From an uncultured Desulfovibrionales bacterium (GTDB lineage Bacteria; Desulfobacterota; QYQD01): a stretch of 54,587 bases of DNA. Within the stretch, counting starts at the first letter, position 1; the number at the start of each line of letters is the position of its first letter. Shown here one piece after another: positions 10,194 through 19,995 of this stretch. A program made the translations under genes and the position numbers. Below the pieces are notes generated by a model. The model was not told where the DNA came from, made no database searches, and was given only the letters and a program-made list of their open reading frames with translations. The DNA is taken from assembly GCA_964435205.1 (NCBI GenBank), contig CAYSYZ010000001.1, positions 1 through 54,587 on the forward strand, in the 5' to 3' direction.

Positions 10194-11464
10194 TCCCCCT
10201 TCACTCCGAGTTCCCGTGGCCCTCCTATGCGGCCAAGCACAGCTGACGCTGCTACCACCGCCGGACTGGCCAGATAAACCTCACTCTCTGGATGGCCCAT
10301 ACGACCAACGAAATTGCGGTTAGTCGTAGCTATGGCCCGTTCGCCTTTAGCCAGAATACCCATGTGCCCGCCCAGGCAGGGACCGCAGGTCGGCGGACTT
10401 ATGATGCCACCCGCCTCCAAAAAGATATCAAAGAGGCCCTCATGCATAGCCTGTCGGTAAATCCATGGCGTAGCCGGAATAACGATCAGACGCACATAAG
10501 GGGCGATCCTATGCCCTTTAAGTACCTGAGCAGCAATCTCCAGGTCCTCCAAACGTCCATTGGTGCAGGAACCAATCACGGCCTGATCGATAGGCACATT
10601 CCCTACCTCCGAAATACCCCTGGTATTTGATGGCAGATGTGGAAAAGCTACCTGTGGCTCAATCTTCGAGACATCATATTCAATAGTCTCCACGTAAACG
10701 GCGTCCCCGTCACTCATATAAAGGCGGTACGGCCTTTTGCTGCGGCCACGCAAATATTCCTCTGTTATTCCGTCCGGTACCACAATGCCGTTTTTACCCC
10801 CGGCCTCAATAGCCATATTAGCCATGGTAAAACGCTCAGCCATGGTCATCTCTTTTACAGCCTCTCCTGTAAACTCCATAGCCCGGTACAGGGCGCCGTC
10901 GACGCCAATCTGCCCAATTACGTATAAAATAACATCCTTACCGTAGACAAAAGGCTGCCGTTTTCCATAAAAAATAAACTTCATGGACTCCGGAACTTTA
11001 AGCCATGCTTTGCCCGTGATCATGGCGGCCGCAAGATCGGTACTACCTACTCCGGTAGCAAAAGCACCTAGGGCGCCGTAGGTGCAGGTGTGACTGTCCG
11101 CACCAATGACAATGTCTCCCGGCAAAACCAGGCCTTTTTCCGGTAAAAGGACATGCTCCACCCCCATCTCGCCCAACTCAAAGTAATTGACTATGCCAAA
11201 CTCTTTGGCAAAGTCACGCAAAAGCTTCACCTGAGTAGCTGCTTTTATATCTTTATTCGGGACAAAATGGTCCGGAACAAGAGCCACTTTTCCCCGATCA
11301 AATACGCGCCTGACACCAGATGATCGCACGGTGTCAATGGCTAACGGGGCTGTGATGTCGTTACCCAGGGCCATGTCCACCTCGACTTCGATCAGCTGAC
11401 CCGGTTTAACTTCCTCCACTCCCGCACCACGTGCCAATATTTTTTCCGTAATAGTCATACCCAT
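10190..11464 (-). CDS. leuC: 3-isopropylmalate dehydratase large subunit (short/archaeal-type)
   Basis: Aconitase-family Fe-S ligand motifs [19 protein letters not shown] and [11 protein letters not shown]. 424 aa. Confidence 0.9.
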   Translation of the reverse strand: MGMTITEKILARGAGVEEVKPGQLIEVEVDMALGNDITAPLAIDTVRSSGVRRVFDRGKVALVPDHFVPNKDIKAATQVKLLRDFAKEFGIVNYFELGEMGVEHVLLPEKGLVLPGDIVIGADSHTCTYGALGAFATGVGSTDLAAAMITGKAWLKVPESMKFIFYGKRQPFVYGKDVILYVIGQIGVDGALYRAMEFTGEAVKEMTMAERFTMANMAIEAGGKNGIVVPDGITEEYLRGRSKRPYRLYMSDGDAVYVETIEYDVSKIEPQVAFPHLPSNTRGISEVGNVPIDQAVIGSCTNGRLEDLEIAAQVLKGHRIAPYVRLIVIPATPWIYRQAMHEGLFDIFLEAGGIISPPTCGPCLGGHMGILAKGERAIATTNRNFVGRMGHPESEVYLASPAVVAASAVLGRIGGPRELGVKGE

Positions 11465-11487
11465 GATCCGTGCCGCCTTCCTTTAAT

Positions 11488-11516
11488 AAAAAAGACAGAT
11501 CAACTCCTGACCTGTC
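11488..11516 (-). terminator. Intrinsic-terminator-like hairpin between leuA and leuC
   Basis: Minus strand GACAGGUC-AGGAGUU-GAUCUGUC (8 bp, one G-U) followed by UUUUUUAUU. Lies 26 nt after the leuA stop and upstream of the leuC RBS AAGGAAGG. Confidence 0.4.
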
Positions 11517-11541
11517 CTTTAAGTCCCCAATACCGGAATCT

Positions 11542-13086
11542 TTAATAAAGCAACCTAACCGGGTTCTTCTTGAGGTACTCCAGTCTATTCAGGGCATTTA
11601 GAAATGCCTTAGCACTCGCTGTAATAATGTCAGCATCTGCACCCTGCCCGATGACCACCTGACCATCTTCCTCCAGACGAACCGTGACCTCTCCCTGGGC
11701 GTCTGTCCCTCCGGTGATAGAGTTGACCGAGAAACGCAGTAATTTTACTTTAACCTTGGCAATCTTGGTAATAGCATTAAACGTTGCGTCTATCGGACCG
11801 ACGCCAAATTCAGCCACCTGGTGAACTTTTCCGTCAATTTCAATCTGCACTGTAGCCGTGGGCACCGCCTCGGTTCCGGTAACCACACCAAGATAAACCA
11901 ACTTGTATTTATCCTTGCCCCGGAAAACCTCATCCGCAACCAGAGCTTCAATATCGTCATCAAAAACCGTTTTCTTCTTATCTGCGAGTTCCTTGAATCT
12001 CTCAAACACTCGCTCTGTGTCGGCTTCTCCCAGTTTGTATCCGAGTTCCTTCAGCTTCTGCTTAAAGGCGTGGCGGCCGGAGTGCTTCCCTACTACCAGG
12101 CTACTTTTACTCAGGCCAATACTGCAAGGATTCATAATCTCGTAAGTCGTCCGTTCCTTCAGTACTCCATCCTGGTGAATCCCTGCCTCATGAGCAAACG
12201 CGTTTGCACCCACAATGGCCTTATTGGGCTGGACAGGTATTCCCGTAATCATTGTCACCAGACGACTGGATGCACAGATATGCTCGGTAACTATATCCGT
12301 ATATACGTTCAAAACATCTGCCCGGGTCCGGATAGCCATAACCAGTTCTTCCAAAGCTGCATTGCCCGCTCGCTCGCCTATACCATTTATGGTAACTTCC
12401 ACCTGGCGCGCGCCATTGGTTACCGCAGCCAGGGAATTGGCCACTGCCAGGCCAAGATCATTATGGCAATGTATACTTAGTCTCACTTTTTCTATGCCCG
12501 GAGTATTGTCCAAAACATATTTAATTTTTTTTCCAAATTCGTCGGGCATAGCATATCCGACCGTATCCGGAAAATTGAGGACCGTCGCCCCGGATTTAAT
12601 TACAGAAGCGAAAACCTGACAGACAAAGTCTGGGTCACTACGGGAGGCATCTTCGGCTGAAAACTCTACATTCTCTGCATAACGTCGGGCATATCCTACA
12701 GCCTGGCTGGCCATCTCCAGTACTTCTTCCCGGCTTTTTTTTAACTTATACTGGAGATGGATGTCCGAAGTGGCAATAAACGTGTGTATGCACGGATATT
12801 TTGCCCCTTTAAGGGCCTCTGCAGCCCGGTCGATATCCCTGGTATTAGCCCTGGCCAACGCAGCTATTTGGACATTTTTAATTTCTTTAGCCACGGCACG
12901 TACTGCCTCAAAATCACCCTTTGAAGCCACAGGAAATCCCGCTTCTATTACGTCAACGTTCAATCTTTCGAGCTGGTGTGCTATGCGCACCTTCTCGCTG
13001 ACGTTCATACTGGCGCCTGGCGATTGCTCTCCGTCTCGCAAGGTCGTATCAAAAATATAAATCTTATCTTTAATCTTATTTTTCAT
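11542..13086 (-). CDS. leuA: 2-isopropylmalate synthase
   Basis: FDTTLRDGEQSPG and HCHNDLGLAVANSLAA, plus a C-terminal LeuA-type regulatory domain. 514 aa. A citramalate synthase paralogue cannot be excluded by eye. Confidence 0.85.
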   Translation of the reverse strand: MKNKIKDKIYIFDTTLRDGEQSPGASMNVSEKVRIAHQLERLNVDVIEAGFPVASKGDFEAVRAVAKEIKNVQIAALARANTRDIDRAAEALKGAKYPCIHTFIATSDIHLQYKLKKSREEVLEMASQAVGYARRYAENVEFSAEDASRSDPDFVCQVFASVIKSGATVLNFPDTVGYAMPDEFGKKIKYVLDNTPGIEKVRLSIHCHNDLGLAVANSLAAVTNGARQVEVTINGIGERAGNAALEELVMAIRTRADVLNVYTDIVTEHICASSRLVTMITGIPVQPNKAIVGANAFAHEAGIHQDGVLKERTTYEIMNPCSIGLSKSSLVVGKHSGRHAFKQKLKELGYKLGEADTERVFERFKELADKKKTVFDDDIEALVADEVFRGKDKYKLVYLGVVTGTEAVPTATVQIEIDGKVHQVAEFGVGPIDATFNAITKIAKVKVKLLRFSVNSITGGTDAQGEVTVRLEEDGQVVIGQGADADIITASAKAFLNALNRLEYLKKNPVRLLY

Positions 13087-13879
13087 GGCCGTGTAATTCT
13101 CTCAGGACAGTTGAATCTTTTTCTGCCTGTAGCTTCTCCGCTCTCTGACGGCGGTAAAAAACCACAAAAAAGACTGGCCCGGAAATAACATAGGTCGCGG
13201 TCAAAATAAATAGTGTGACGTGCGGCTCCATAGCTATAACCATGATCAACAACACTGCCGCGACAAGCATGTGAAAAGGCTTCTTCTGGAAAATCTCTGA
13301 ACTCTTAAACGTATGATACCGGATGGTGCTAACCATAAGATACGATAGAACGTATACCATTACCAGAATACTTGGATGCTGGTACGTCCCTGTGCTCATC
13401 CCAGTTAATGCCTGGTGGAAAAAAACGCTGGTAGCCACAAAGGCTGCTGCACTCGGACAAGGCAGGCCGTTAAAGTAGCGGCCATCAAAATAGTAAGCTT
13501 GACTATTAAACCGAGCCAGCCGCAGCGCACACGTTGCCACAAACAGGAAAGCTGCCAACCAGCCGAGGCGGTGATATGGCTGTAACGCCCAGAGGTACGC
13601 CAGTATGGCGGGAGCTACTCCAAAGGCCACAAGGTCAGAAAGAGAGTCGTATTCCAATCCAAATCGGCTGGTCGTCCTCGTAAAACGGGCAATCCTGCCG
13701 TCTAGCAAGTCAAAGACGCAGGAGATGAGAATGGCCACTGCCGCTGCATAGTATCGACCTCCAATGGAAGAAACAATACTATAAAAACCGCAAAATAGAC
13801 TGGCCGTCGTAAAAAGATTGGGTAAGATATAAATACCACGTCTTTCCTGATTTTTTTTCTTTTTTCTTCTTCGAATCAT
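13076..13879 (-). CDS. pssA: CDP-diacylglycerol--serine O-phosphatidyltransferase
   Basis: CDP-alcohol phosphotransferase motif DLLDGRIARFTRTTSRFGLEYDSLSDLV. Multiple hydrophobic helices. Overlaps the leuA start by 11 nt. Confidence 0.9.
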   Translation of the reverse strand: MIRRRKKKKNQERRGIYILPNLFTTASLFCGFYSIVSSIGGRYYAAAVAILISCVFDLLDGRIARFTRTTSRFGLEYDSLSDLVAFGVAPAILAYLWALQPYHRLGWLAAFLFVATCALRLARFNSQAYYFDGRYFNGLPCPSAAAFVATSVFFHQALTGMSTGTYQHPSILVMVYVLSYLMVSTIRYHTFKSSEIFQKKPFHMLVAAVLLIMVIAMEPHVTLFILTATYVISGPVFFVVFYRRQRAEKLQAEKDSTVLRELHGHEK

Positions 13880-14520
13880 GTCAAATACCCCAGAATGCTC
13901 TGACCGGCTACAGTTCGCTGACCAACGGAAACCTCTACCTGTGTGCTTAAAGGGAGGTAGACGTCAAGTCGAGACCCGAAGCGGATCATGCCAAAACGCT
14001 GCCCCTTGCTTACTCTATCACCTTTTTCTACCCAGCAGACAATGCGCCGGGCCAGAATACCAGCCACCTGTACAATGGCCATGCACTTATCATCCTCCAC
14101 GTCCAGCATAAGCGCATTATTTTCATTCTCGAAGCTAGCCCGATCCTGATTAGCCGCGAAAAACTGCCCCGCTTGATACTTTATTTCCCGTACTACACCA
14201 TCATATGGAATACGATTGACATGCACGTCGAAAACAGACATAAAAATGCTAATCTTCAATGTTTTATTATGCAAAAAACGCTCATCTGCTAGCTTCTCAA
14301 TCAGTATAATCTTGCCATCGGCCGGAGCAACCACCGCCCGCGGATCAGTCGGGATAACTCGCTCCGGATCCCTGAAAAAATACAGTACAAAGATACTTAC
14401 ACACCAAAAGAACAGCGAAAGTACAACCCAGTTTAGTAATGCCGCGATCAGAGCCGTAAAGGCTGCAATAAAAACGAAGGGATAACCTTCCTTGGCGACA
14501 GGGACTCTGATCTGCAACAT
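13876..14520 (-). CDS. psd: Phosphatidylserine decarboxylase proenzyme (short form)
   Basis: N-terminal TM segment and the self-cleavage motif context MIRFGSRLDVYLP. 4-nt overlap with the pssA start. Confidence 0.85.
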   Translation of the reverse strand: MLQIRVPVAKEGYPFVFIAAFTALIAALLNWVVLSLFFWCVSIFVLYFFRDPERVIPTDPRAVVAPADGKIILIEKLADERFLHNKTLKISIFMSVFDVHVNRIPYDGVVREIKYQAGQFFAANQDRASFENENNALMLDVEDDKCMAIVQVAGILARRIVCWVEKGDRVSKGQRFGMIRFGSRLDVYLPLSTQVEVSVGQRTVAGQSILGYLT

Positions 14521-14543
14521 GAGAATTGACCTTACGTTATCTT

Positions 14544-15536
14544 CTATTTTTTCTGTAGCCAGCTCATCATAGCCCGCAACCGTTCACCCACTTCTTCGAT
14601 TTGATGCTCTGTCTCCTTCCGCCGCAAGGCGTTGAACACCGGGCAATTGGCCTTATTCTCCAGTATCCATTCTCTGGCAAAAGTGCCGTTCTGCACCTCT
14701 TCCAGGATGCGTTTCATCTCCCGACGCGTCTCAGCTGTGATGATTCTCTTTCCACGGGTCAGATCACCATACTCGGCGGTATCACTGACCGAATACCGCA
14801 TGTATCGAATACCCCCCTGATAAAAGAGGTCAACAATCAATTTCAGTTCGTGCAGACACTCAAAATAGGCAATCTCCGGCTGATAACCGGCCTCAACCAG
14901 CGTTTCGAATCCAGCCTTTACCAATTCCGTTACCCCGCCACAGAGGACCGCCTGCTCTCCGAAAAGATCAGTCTCCGTTTCTTCCGTAAAGGTGGTTTCA
15001 ATAACCCCGGCCCTTGTTGCCCCAATACCTTTGGCGTAAGCCAGGGCTGTATCCAGCGCCTTCCCGCTCACATTTTGCTGCACGGCCACCAGGGCCGGCA
15101 CTCCCGCACCCTTCTCGTACTCCGAGCGAACCAGGTGTCCTGGACCCTTGGGAGCTACCATAACCACGTCAATATCCTTGTGCGGTACGATCTGCCCATA
15201 GTGGATATTAAAACCATGGGAGAAAAACAGGGTCTTCCCCTTTTTGAGATGGGGCAAGACATCTTTTTCATAGAGCATAGCCTGGATATGGTCTTGAGCC
15301 AGTATCTGGATGACATCCGCTTGCTTGCTGGCCTCGGCAGCACTGACCGGTTTAAACCCATGGCGTATAGCTAAGTCATAATTGGGCGAACCCGGTAATT
15401 CCGCCACGATAACGCTAAGCCCGCTATCCCGAAGGTTCTGTGCCTGGGCATGTCCCTGGCTGCCATAGCCGATTATGGCTATTTTCTTGTTCTTTAATTT
15501 CTTCAGGTCCGCATCCTTGTCATAGTAAATCTTCAT
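14544..15536 (-). CDS. ilvC: Ketol-acid reductoisomerase (class I)
   Basis: [11 protein letters not shown] start and [20 protein letters not shown] at 15536 chosen over the listed upstream start because GGGGGAAGG precedes it and it avoids overlap with ilvN. Confidence 0.95.
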   Translation of the reverse strand: MKIYYDKDADLKKLKNKKIAIIGYGSQGHAQAQNLRDSGLSVIVAELPGSPNYDLAIRHGFKPVSAAEASKQADVIQILAQDHIQAMLYEKDVLPHLKKGKTLFFSHGFNIHYGQIVPHKDIDVVMVAPKGPGHLVRSEYEKGAGVPALVAVQQNVSGKALDTALAYAKGIGATRAGVIETTFTEETETDLFGEQAVLCGGVTELVKAGFETLVEAGYQPEIAYFECLHELKLIVDLFYQGGIRYMRYSVSDTAEYGDLTRGKRIITAETRREMKRILEEVQNGTFAREWILENKANCPVFNALRRKETEHQIEEVGERLRAMMSWLQKK

Positions 15537-15553
15537 AAACCTTCCCCCTCTAA

Positions 15554-16036
15554 TCACGTCTTCTTGCTTCTAGCCATAGCAATGGTTCCAGTGCGAGCAA
15601 CCTCTTTGATGCCGAGCGGTCTTAACAGTTCCAAGACCGCTTTTATCTTTTTCTCATCTCCGGTTAGCTCAATGGAATATTCCTTCGGGCTAACGTCGAC
15701 GATCTTACCCCGGAAGATGTCCACCATCCGCAGTACCTCAGCACGAGTATTTCCCTCGGCCTTGACCTTAACCAGCACCATCTCTCGCTCCACGAAATCA
15801 CCTTCGCTCACATCCACTACCTTGAACACGTCGATCACTTTGTGCAACTGCTTGGTGATTTGCTCCATAATCTGTTCATCACCATGTGTCACCAAGGTGA
15901 TATGGGATATAGCCGGGTCCATGGTTTGAGCTACACAAAGGCTCTCGATGTTAAAGCCCCGACCGCTGAAGAGGCCAGTCACTCGTGAAAGAACCCCGGG
16001 CTTGTTTTCAACTAAAACTGACAGCGTGTGTTTCAT
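15554..16036 (-). CDS. ilvN: Acetolactate synthase small (regulatory) subunit
   Basis: ACT domain [34 protein letters not shown] at 16036 lies 16 nt after the ilvB TAG with a GGGGGA RBS. The listed 191-aa form would overlap ilvB. Confidence 0.9.
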   Translation of the reverse strand: MKHTLSVLVENKPGVLSRVTGLFSGRGFNIESLCVAQTMDPAISHITLVTHGDEQIMEQITKQLHKVIDVFKVVDVSEGDFVEREMVLVKVKAEGNTRAEVLRMVDIFRGKIVDVSPKEYSIELTGDEKKIKAVLELLRPLGIKEVARTGTIAMARSKKT

Positions 16037-16052
16037 GGCAAATCCCCCGTTC

Positions 16053-17741
16053 CTAAACCAAGAGCATTTCGGTTGTCGCCTTACCAGCTGGTACCATCGG
16101 GTAAACCTTTTCTTCCTGAGGAATGACAAAGTCCATAATAACCAGTTTCGGAATACTCAGGGCCTTTTTAATAACCGGCACCACTTCTTCGGGTTTCGTT
16201 GCTCTAAGCCCTACTGCGCCGTATGCCTCGGCCAATTTGACGAAGTCCGGTGCGGTAGCCAGTGAGGTAGCGGCATAACGCTTTCCATAAAAGAGCTCCT
16301 TCCATTGCCGCACCATGCCCAGGTACTGATTATTCAGAATGGCAATTTTTACCGGTAGCTGCTGTTCCATAGCCGTGGCCAGTTCCTGTATGTTCATTTG
16401 AATACTGCCATCTCCAGCTACGTCTATAACCGTACGATCCGGCATGGCTAGCTGAGCCCCGATAGCCGCCGGGAACCCGTACCCCATAACCCCCAGGCCA
16501 CCAGAGGTGAGAAGCGAACGCGGCTCAGCGAATTTGTAAAACTGAGCTGCCCACATCTGGTTTTGACCGACCTCTGTGCTAATGATCGCTCGACCTTTTG
16601 TGAGCTCATAGAGTTTCTCGACCACATATTGTGGCTTTATTACGCCCTTTTCTTTTTTATAAGAAAGGGGGTGCTTTTTGTCCCAATCGCGTACCTGAGC
16701 TAGCCACTCCTTGTGCTTTTCTTTCCATTTTACTGTCTTTTCCCCCATGAGAAAGGTAACAAGTTTTTTCAGGGCATTCTTACAATCGGCAACTATTGGG
16801 ACGTCAACCGGGACATTTTTACTAATCGAGGTCGGATCAATGTCCACATGGATAATCTTCGCCTGGGCAGCGAAGGCATCCAGCCTACCGGTGACCCGGT
16901 CATCGAACCGGGCCCCTACCGCAATAAGAAGATCGCAATTGGCTACGGCCATATTTGAACAATAGGTGCCGTGCATGCCTAGCATTCCCATCCATAGTGG
17001 GTGTGTGCCCGGAAATCCACCCAAACCCATTAAGGTAGTAGTGGTGGGTATCTGGGCGAGAGTTGCCAGTTCTGTCAATTCAGCTGCCGCGTCAGAGGCT
17101 ATGATACCGCCACCGGCATAAATCACCGGCCGACTGGCGTGAATGATTAATTTGCCGGCTTTTTCTATCTGACCCACGTGAGCCTCATAGGTCGGGTTAT
17201 AGGTTCGCATTTTAATTGTCTCAGGATAGGTGTGTTCCGTCTTGCTGATCATTACGTCTTTAGGTAAATCAATCAAAACCGGACCGGGACGTCCAGACCG
17301 GGCCAGGTAAAAGGCTTCCTTCACGATCCGGGCGAGATCTTTAACATCTTTGACCAGATAATTATGCTTCGTGCAGGGCCGGGTAATGCCCACAATATCC
17401 ACTTCCTGAAAAGCGTCATTACCAATGAGCTTAGTCGGCACCTGTCCGGTCATAACCACAATGGGTATGGAATCCCCGTAAGCCGAGGCAATGCCCGTAA
17501 CTGTATTGGTGGCTCCTGGGCCAGACGTAACCAGAACTGCGCCCACTTTGCCAGTCACACGGGCATAACCGTCCGCTGCATGTACCGCTGCTTGTTCATG
17601 TCTCACAAGTACGTGGCGGATTGGAGACTTCATTAGCTCGTCATAGATATCTATTACCGCCCCACCCGGAAATCCAAACATTAGATCGACGCCTTCTTTC
17701 TTCAAGCATTCGATCAAAATTTGTGCACCCGTTAGCTTCAT
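16053..17741 (-). CDS. ilvB: Acetolactate synthase large (catalytic) subunit
   Basis: [27 protein letters not shown] start and ThDP motif [12 protein letters not shown]...ILNN. ATG 17741 with AGGTGG upstream. GTG 17750 is the alternative start. Confidence 0.95.
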   Translation of the reverse strand: MKLTGAQILIECLKKEGVDLMFGFPGGAVIDIYDELMKSPIRHVLVRHEQAAVHAADGYARVTGKVGAVLVTSGPGATNTVTGIASAYGDSIPIVVMTGQVPTKLIGNDAFQEVDIVGITRPCTKHNYLVKDVKDLARIVKEAFYLARSGRPGPVLIDLPKDVMISKTEHTYPETIKMRTYNPTYEAHVGQIEKAGKLIIHASRPVIYAGGGIIASDAAAELTELATLAQIPTTTTLMGLGGFPGTHPLWMGMLGMHGTYCSNMAVANCDLLIAVGARFDDRVTGRLDAFAAQAKIIHVDIDPTSISKNVPVDVPIVADCKNALKKLVTFLMGEKTVKWKEKHKEWLAQVRDWDKKHPLSYKKEKGVIKPQYVVEKLYELTKGRAIISTEVGQNQMWAAQFYKFAEPRSLLTSGGLGVMGYGFPAAIGAQLAMPDRTVIDVAGDGSIQMNIQELATAMEQQLPVKIAILNNQYLGMVRQWKELFYGKRYAATSLATAPDFVKLAEAYGAVGLRATKPEEVVPVIKKALSIPKLVIMDFVIPQEEKVYPMVPAGKATTEMLLV

Positions 17742-17750
17742 ACCACCCAC

Positions 17751-17969
17751 CTATCGATATTTAGCCAATATGGCCATTATTTTATCTTTGCCCAACAGTT
17801 TCAATTTCTGAACACGCTTCTTCTCTATAGTTTCTTCAGTAGTTAGATAGGGTTTTCGACTGAACTCTTCCAGCATTTTCTCAAATGCCCTGTGCTCCTC
17901 TACCATCTTTTTAAGCTCTTCGTCCCTGTCTACCCAAAGGGCTATCAGCGTCTGGTCTTTTGCTTCCAT
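17751..17969 (-). CDS. DUF465 (YdcH-like) small coiled-coil protein
   Basis: 72 aa. EELKKMVEEHRAFEKMLEEF...PYLTTEE...KKRVQKLKLLGKDKI fits the DUF465 pattern. ATG with GGAGGTGG upstream. The TAG stop directly abuts ilvB. Confidence 0.7.
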   Translation of the reverse strand: MEAKDQTLIALWVDRDEELKKMVEEHRAFEKMLEEFSRKPYLTTEETIEKKRVQKLKLLGKDKIMAILAKYR

Positions 17970-18007
17970 ATCTTAATCAGCCACCTCCATGTTATGAAAC
18001 ATGACCC

Positions 18008-18037
18008 ACTATAAGTAATAACAATCTGATTTGTCAA
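18008..18037 (-). promoter_or_regulatory. Putative sigma70-type promoter of the DUF465-ilvBNC... transcription unit
   Basis: Minus strand TTGACA (18037-18032), 18 nt, TATAGT (18013-18008), about 38 nt upstream of the DUF465 ATG. Confidence 0.35.
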
Positions 18038-18101
18038 CTGGTTATCATCGGTTTTATCATGGGCACCGGCACTGGCACAAAACCCCGTAGCAGATTGCCA
18101 T

Positions 18102-18806
18102 CTACAGTTCGTGCCCTCCTTTTTCCGCCCACTTCAGTTCTGCTTCAGATGCTCGAATGTACGTAGGAACTATCGTAGCTGCGACATCCTGCTGCCCCGC
18201 TTGAAATCTTTTTGCACCCAGGAAAGCCACATTCGACGCACGAATAAAAGAAAGAGGCCCTGGAGCAAACAAGGCCTTATCACCGAGCTTTTCTTTAAAA
18301 AATTCACCGTAACACCAGACACCATCGCCAACCAGTATTACCCGCTCCACTATCCGCGCCACAAAATCCTCCGGAGAAAGGACCATCTCTGACGAACTCT
18401 TTACCAGCCCTGCCTTCTCATCCGGATAGTAAGCAGCCGTAAAAATCTCGTTCTTTCGCGCATCAATAACCGGAAATACCGGTAAACTGGAGAGATAAAA
18501 GTTTGCGGCCAGAGCATCTAAGCTTGATATCCCGACGACCGGTTTAGCGGTGGCCATAGCCAACCCTTTGAATGTAGCCAGACCGATTCGAATACCCGTA
18601 AAACTACCCGGCCCTATGGTTACGGCCAGGCCATCAACCTTATCCAAAGACAATCCAGTCCTGGCAAATATATAATCCACTGCCTGGAGCAAACGCCGGC
18701 TATGCGTCTCCTTACTAAGGAGGCAACATTCAGCCAGCACGGCCGCATCATCTGTTAGGGCCACGCTTCCGGTGCGGGTAGCGGTGTCTACAGCTAGAAT
18801 TTTCAA
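18102..18806 (-). CDS. tsaB: tRNA threonylcarbamoyladenosine (t6A) biosynthesis protein TsaB
   Basis: ILAVDTATRTGSVAL start and GPGSFTGIRIGLA. 234 aa. Confidence 0.85.
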   Translation of the reverse strand: MKILAVDTATRTGSVALTDDAAVLAECCLLSKETHSRRLLQAVDYIFARTGLSLDKVDGLAVTIGPGSFTGIRIGLATFKGLAMATAKPVVGISSLDALAANFYLSSLPVFPVIDARKNEIFTAAYYPDEKAGLVKSSSEMVLSPEDFVARIVERVILVGDGVWCYGEFFKEKLGDKALFAPGPLSFIRASNVAFLGAKRFQAGQQDVAATIVPTYIRASEAELKWAEKGGHEL

Positions 18807-18834
18807 ACATTACCTGCTTTATGGGAGAAAAGGC

Positions 18835-19902
18835 TCATCCTTTTACCAGGAGACGGACGAGATCGTTGTAAAAGACTACAGCCATAAGCGAAATTAGAAT
18901 AACCAGTCCAATTTGCTGGGCAATCTCTCTATTCTTGGGGCTAACTGGCTTTCCGAAAACCAATTCTATACCCAGAAAAAGTAGGTGACCACCATCCAAG
19001 ATAGGTATGGGCAATAGATTCAAAACAGCGAGATTGATGCTCAGTAAAGCTACAAAGAGGAGAAGAGGAACGATGCCAGCCTGCATCTGTTCGCCAGCCA
19101 ACTGGGCAATAAGAATAGGTCCTCCTAGGGTCGATATCGGCACGATGCGTTGTACCAACTTTACAATACTTACATACGTTATGTAGACGAATCCCCCGGT
19201 TCGGTCAATTCCTGCCATAAAGGCTCCAAAGGGATTCATTCTGTCCATGATAACATTGCTGGAACCCGATATTCCAATTGCCGGAACGGTAACCTCCTCA
19301 CCAAATAAGTTACGCTGTCTGGTCATAACCGGAATTACTTGTACGGTGAAGACCTCCGGGCCGCGCACAAAAGAAATATTCAGCGGGCGTTCCCCCCCTT
19401 CGCGTATAATTTCAGCCAGTTCATTCCACTCTTTTACGGAGCGGCCATCGATCCGGATTATTCGGTCCTCGGGCTTGATACCGGCCCTCTGCGCCGGTAG
19501 CCCGTCCTGCACACCACCTACGATCGTCGGTAAGGTGGGCTTCCCGAAAATCATGAAAGTAACAAAAAATATGCAGAAGGCGAATATCAGATTAGAGAGG
19601 GGACCAGCCGCTACAATAAGGGCCCTCTGCCATAATTTCTTATGAATAAAGGACCTTTCTCTTTCATTCTCCTCAACCTCTTGCCGCGGACTTTCGCCAA
19701 AAAGTTTTACATACCCACCGAGTGGCACCGCTGACACGCAATATTCCGTCTCGCCGACTACCTTGCTCCAAACCTTCGGCCCAAAACCAAGGGAAAATTT
19801 CTCAACCTTGACTCGGAAAACTTTGGCTAACAAGAAATGTCCTAGTTCATGCACAAATATTAGTGCACCTAGGACAATTAGCATGGTAAAAACTGTGGTC
19901 AT
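18835..19902 (-). CDS. rseP: RIP (site-2) zinc metalloprotease RseP
   Basis: HELGH zinc site, central PDZ-like segment, NLLPIPILDGGH motif, multi-TM. Confidence 0.9.
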   Translation of the reverse strand: MTTVFTMLIVLGALIFVHELGHFLLAKVFRVKVEKFSLGFGPKVWSKVVGETEYCVSAVPLGGYVKLFGESPRQEVEENERERSFIHKKLWQRALIVAAGPLSNLIFAFCIFFVTFMIFGKPTLPTIVGGVQDGLPAQRAGIKPEDRIIRIDGRSVKEWNELAEIIREGGERPLNISFVRGPEVFTVQVIPVMTRQRNLFGEEVTVPAIGISGSSNVIMDRMNPFGAFMAGIDRTGGFVYITYVSIVKLVQRIVPISTLGGPILIAQLAGEQMQAGIVPLLLFVALLSINLAVLNLLPIPILDGGHLLFLGIELVFGKPVSPKNREIAQQIGLVILISLMAVVFYNDLVRLLVKG

Positions 19903-19995
19903 TTCACTCGACCGCCTTCAAAGTCCATGGGCTGCGTTGGCCTTTTACGCAGACGCCCCGTCCTCCCACCAATTTGCGGCGGCAGAACCCCTGAA

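Noticed and set aside
11821-12480. 219-aa plus-strand ORF, with neighbours 11903-12145, 12215-12619 and 12761-13060, antisense to leuA
   Set aside because: These are shadow ORFs within leuA, with no recognisable domain or RBS.
14601-15374. 257-aa plus-strand ORF (and 14632-14820) antisense to ilvC
   Set aside because: It lies entirely inside a strongly conserved minus-strand gene, has low-complexity composition and matches no motif. This is a typical shadow ORF.
16037-16129. N-terminal extension of ilvN
   Set aside because: The extension overlaps the ilvB 3-prime end and is basic junk. ATG 16036 has a GGGGGA RBS and starts the ACT domain. Similar extensions of ilvC (15537-15557) and tsf (24766-24828) were rejected for the same reasons.
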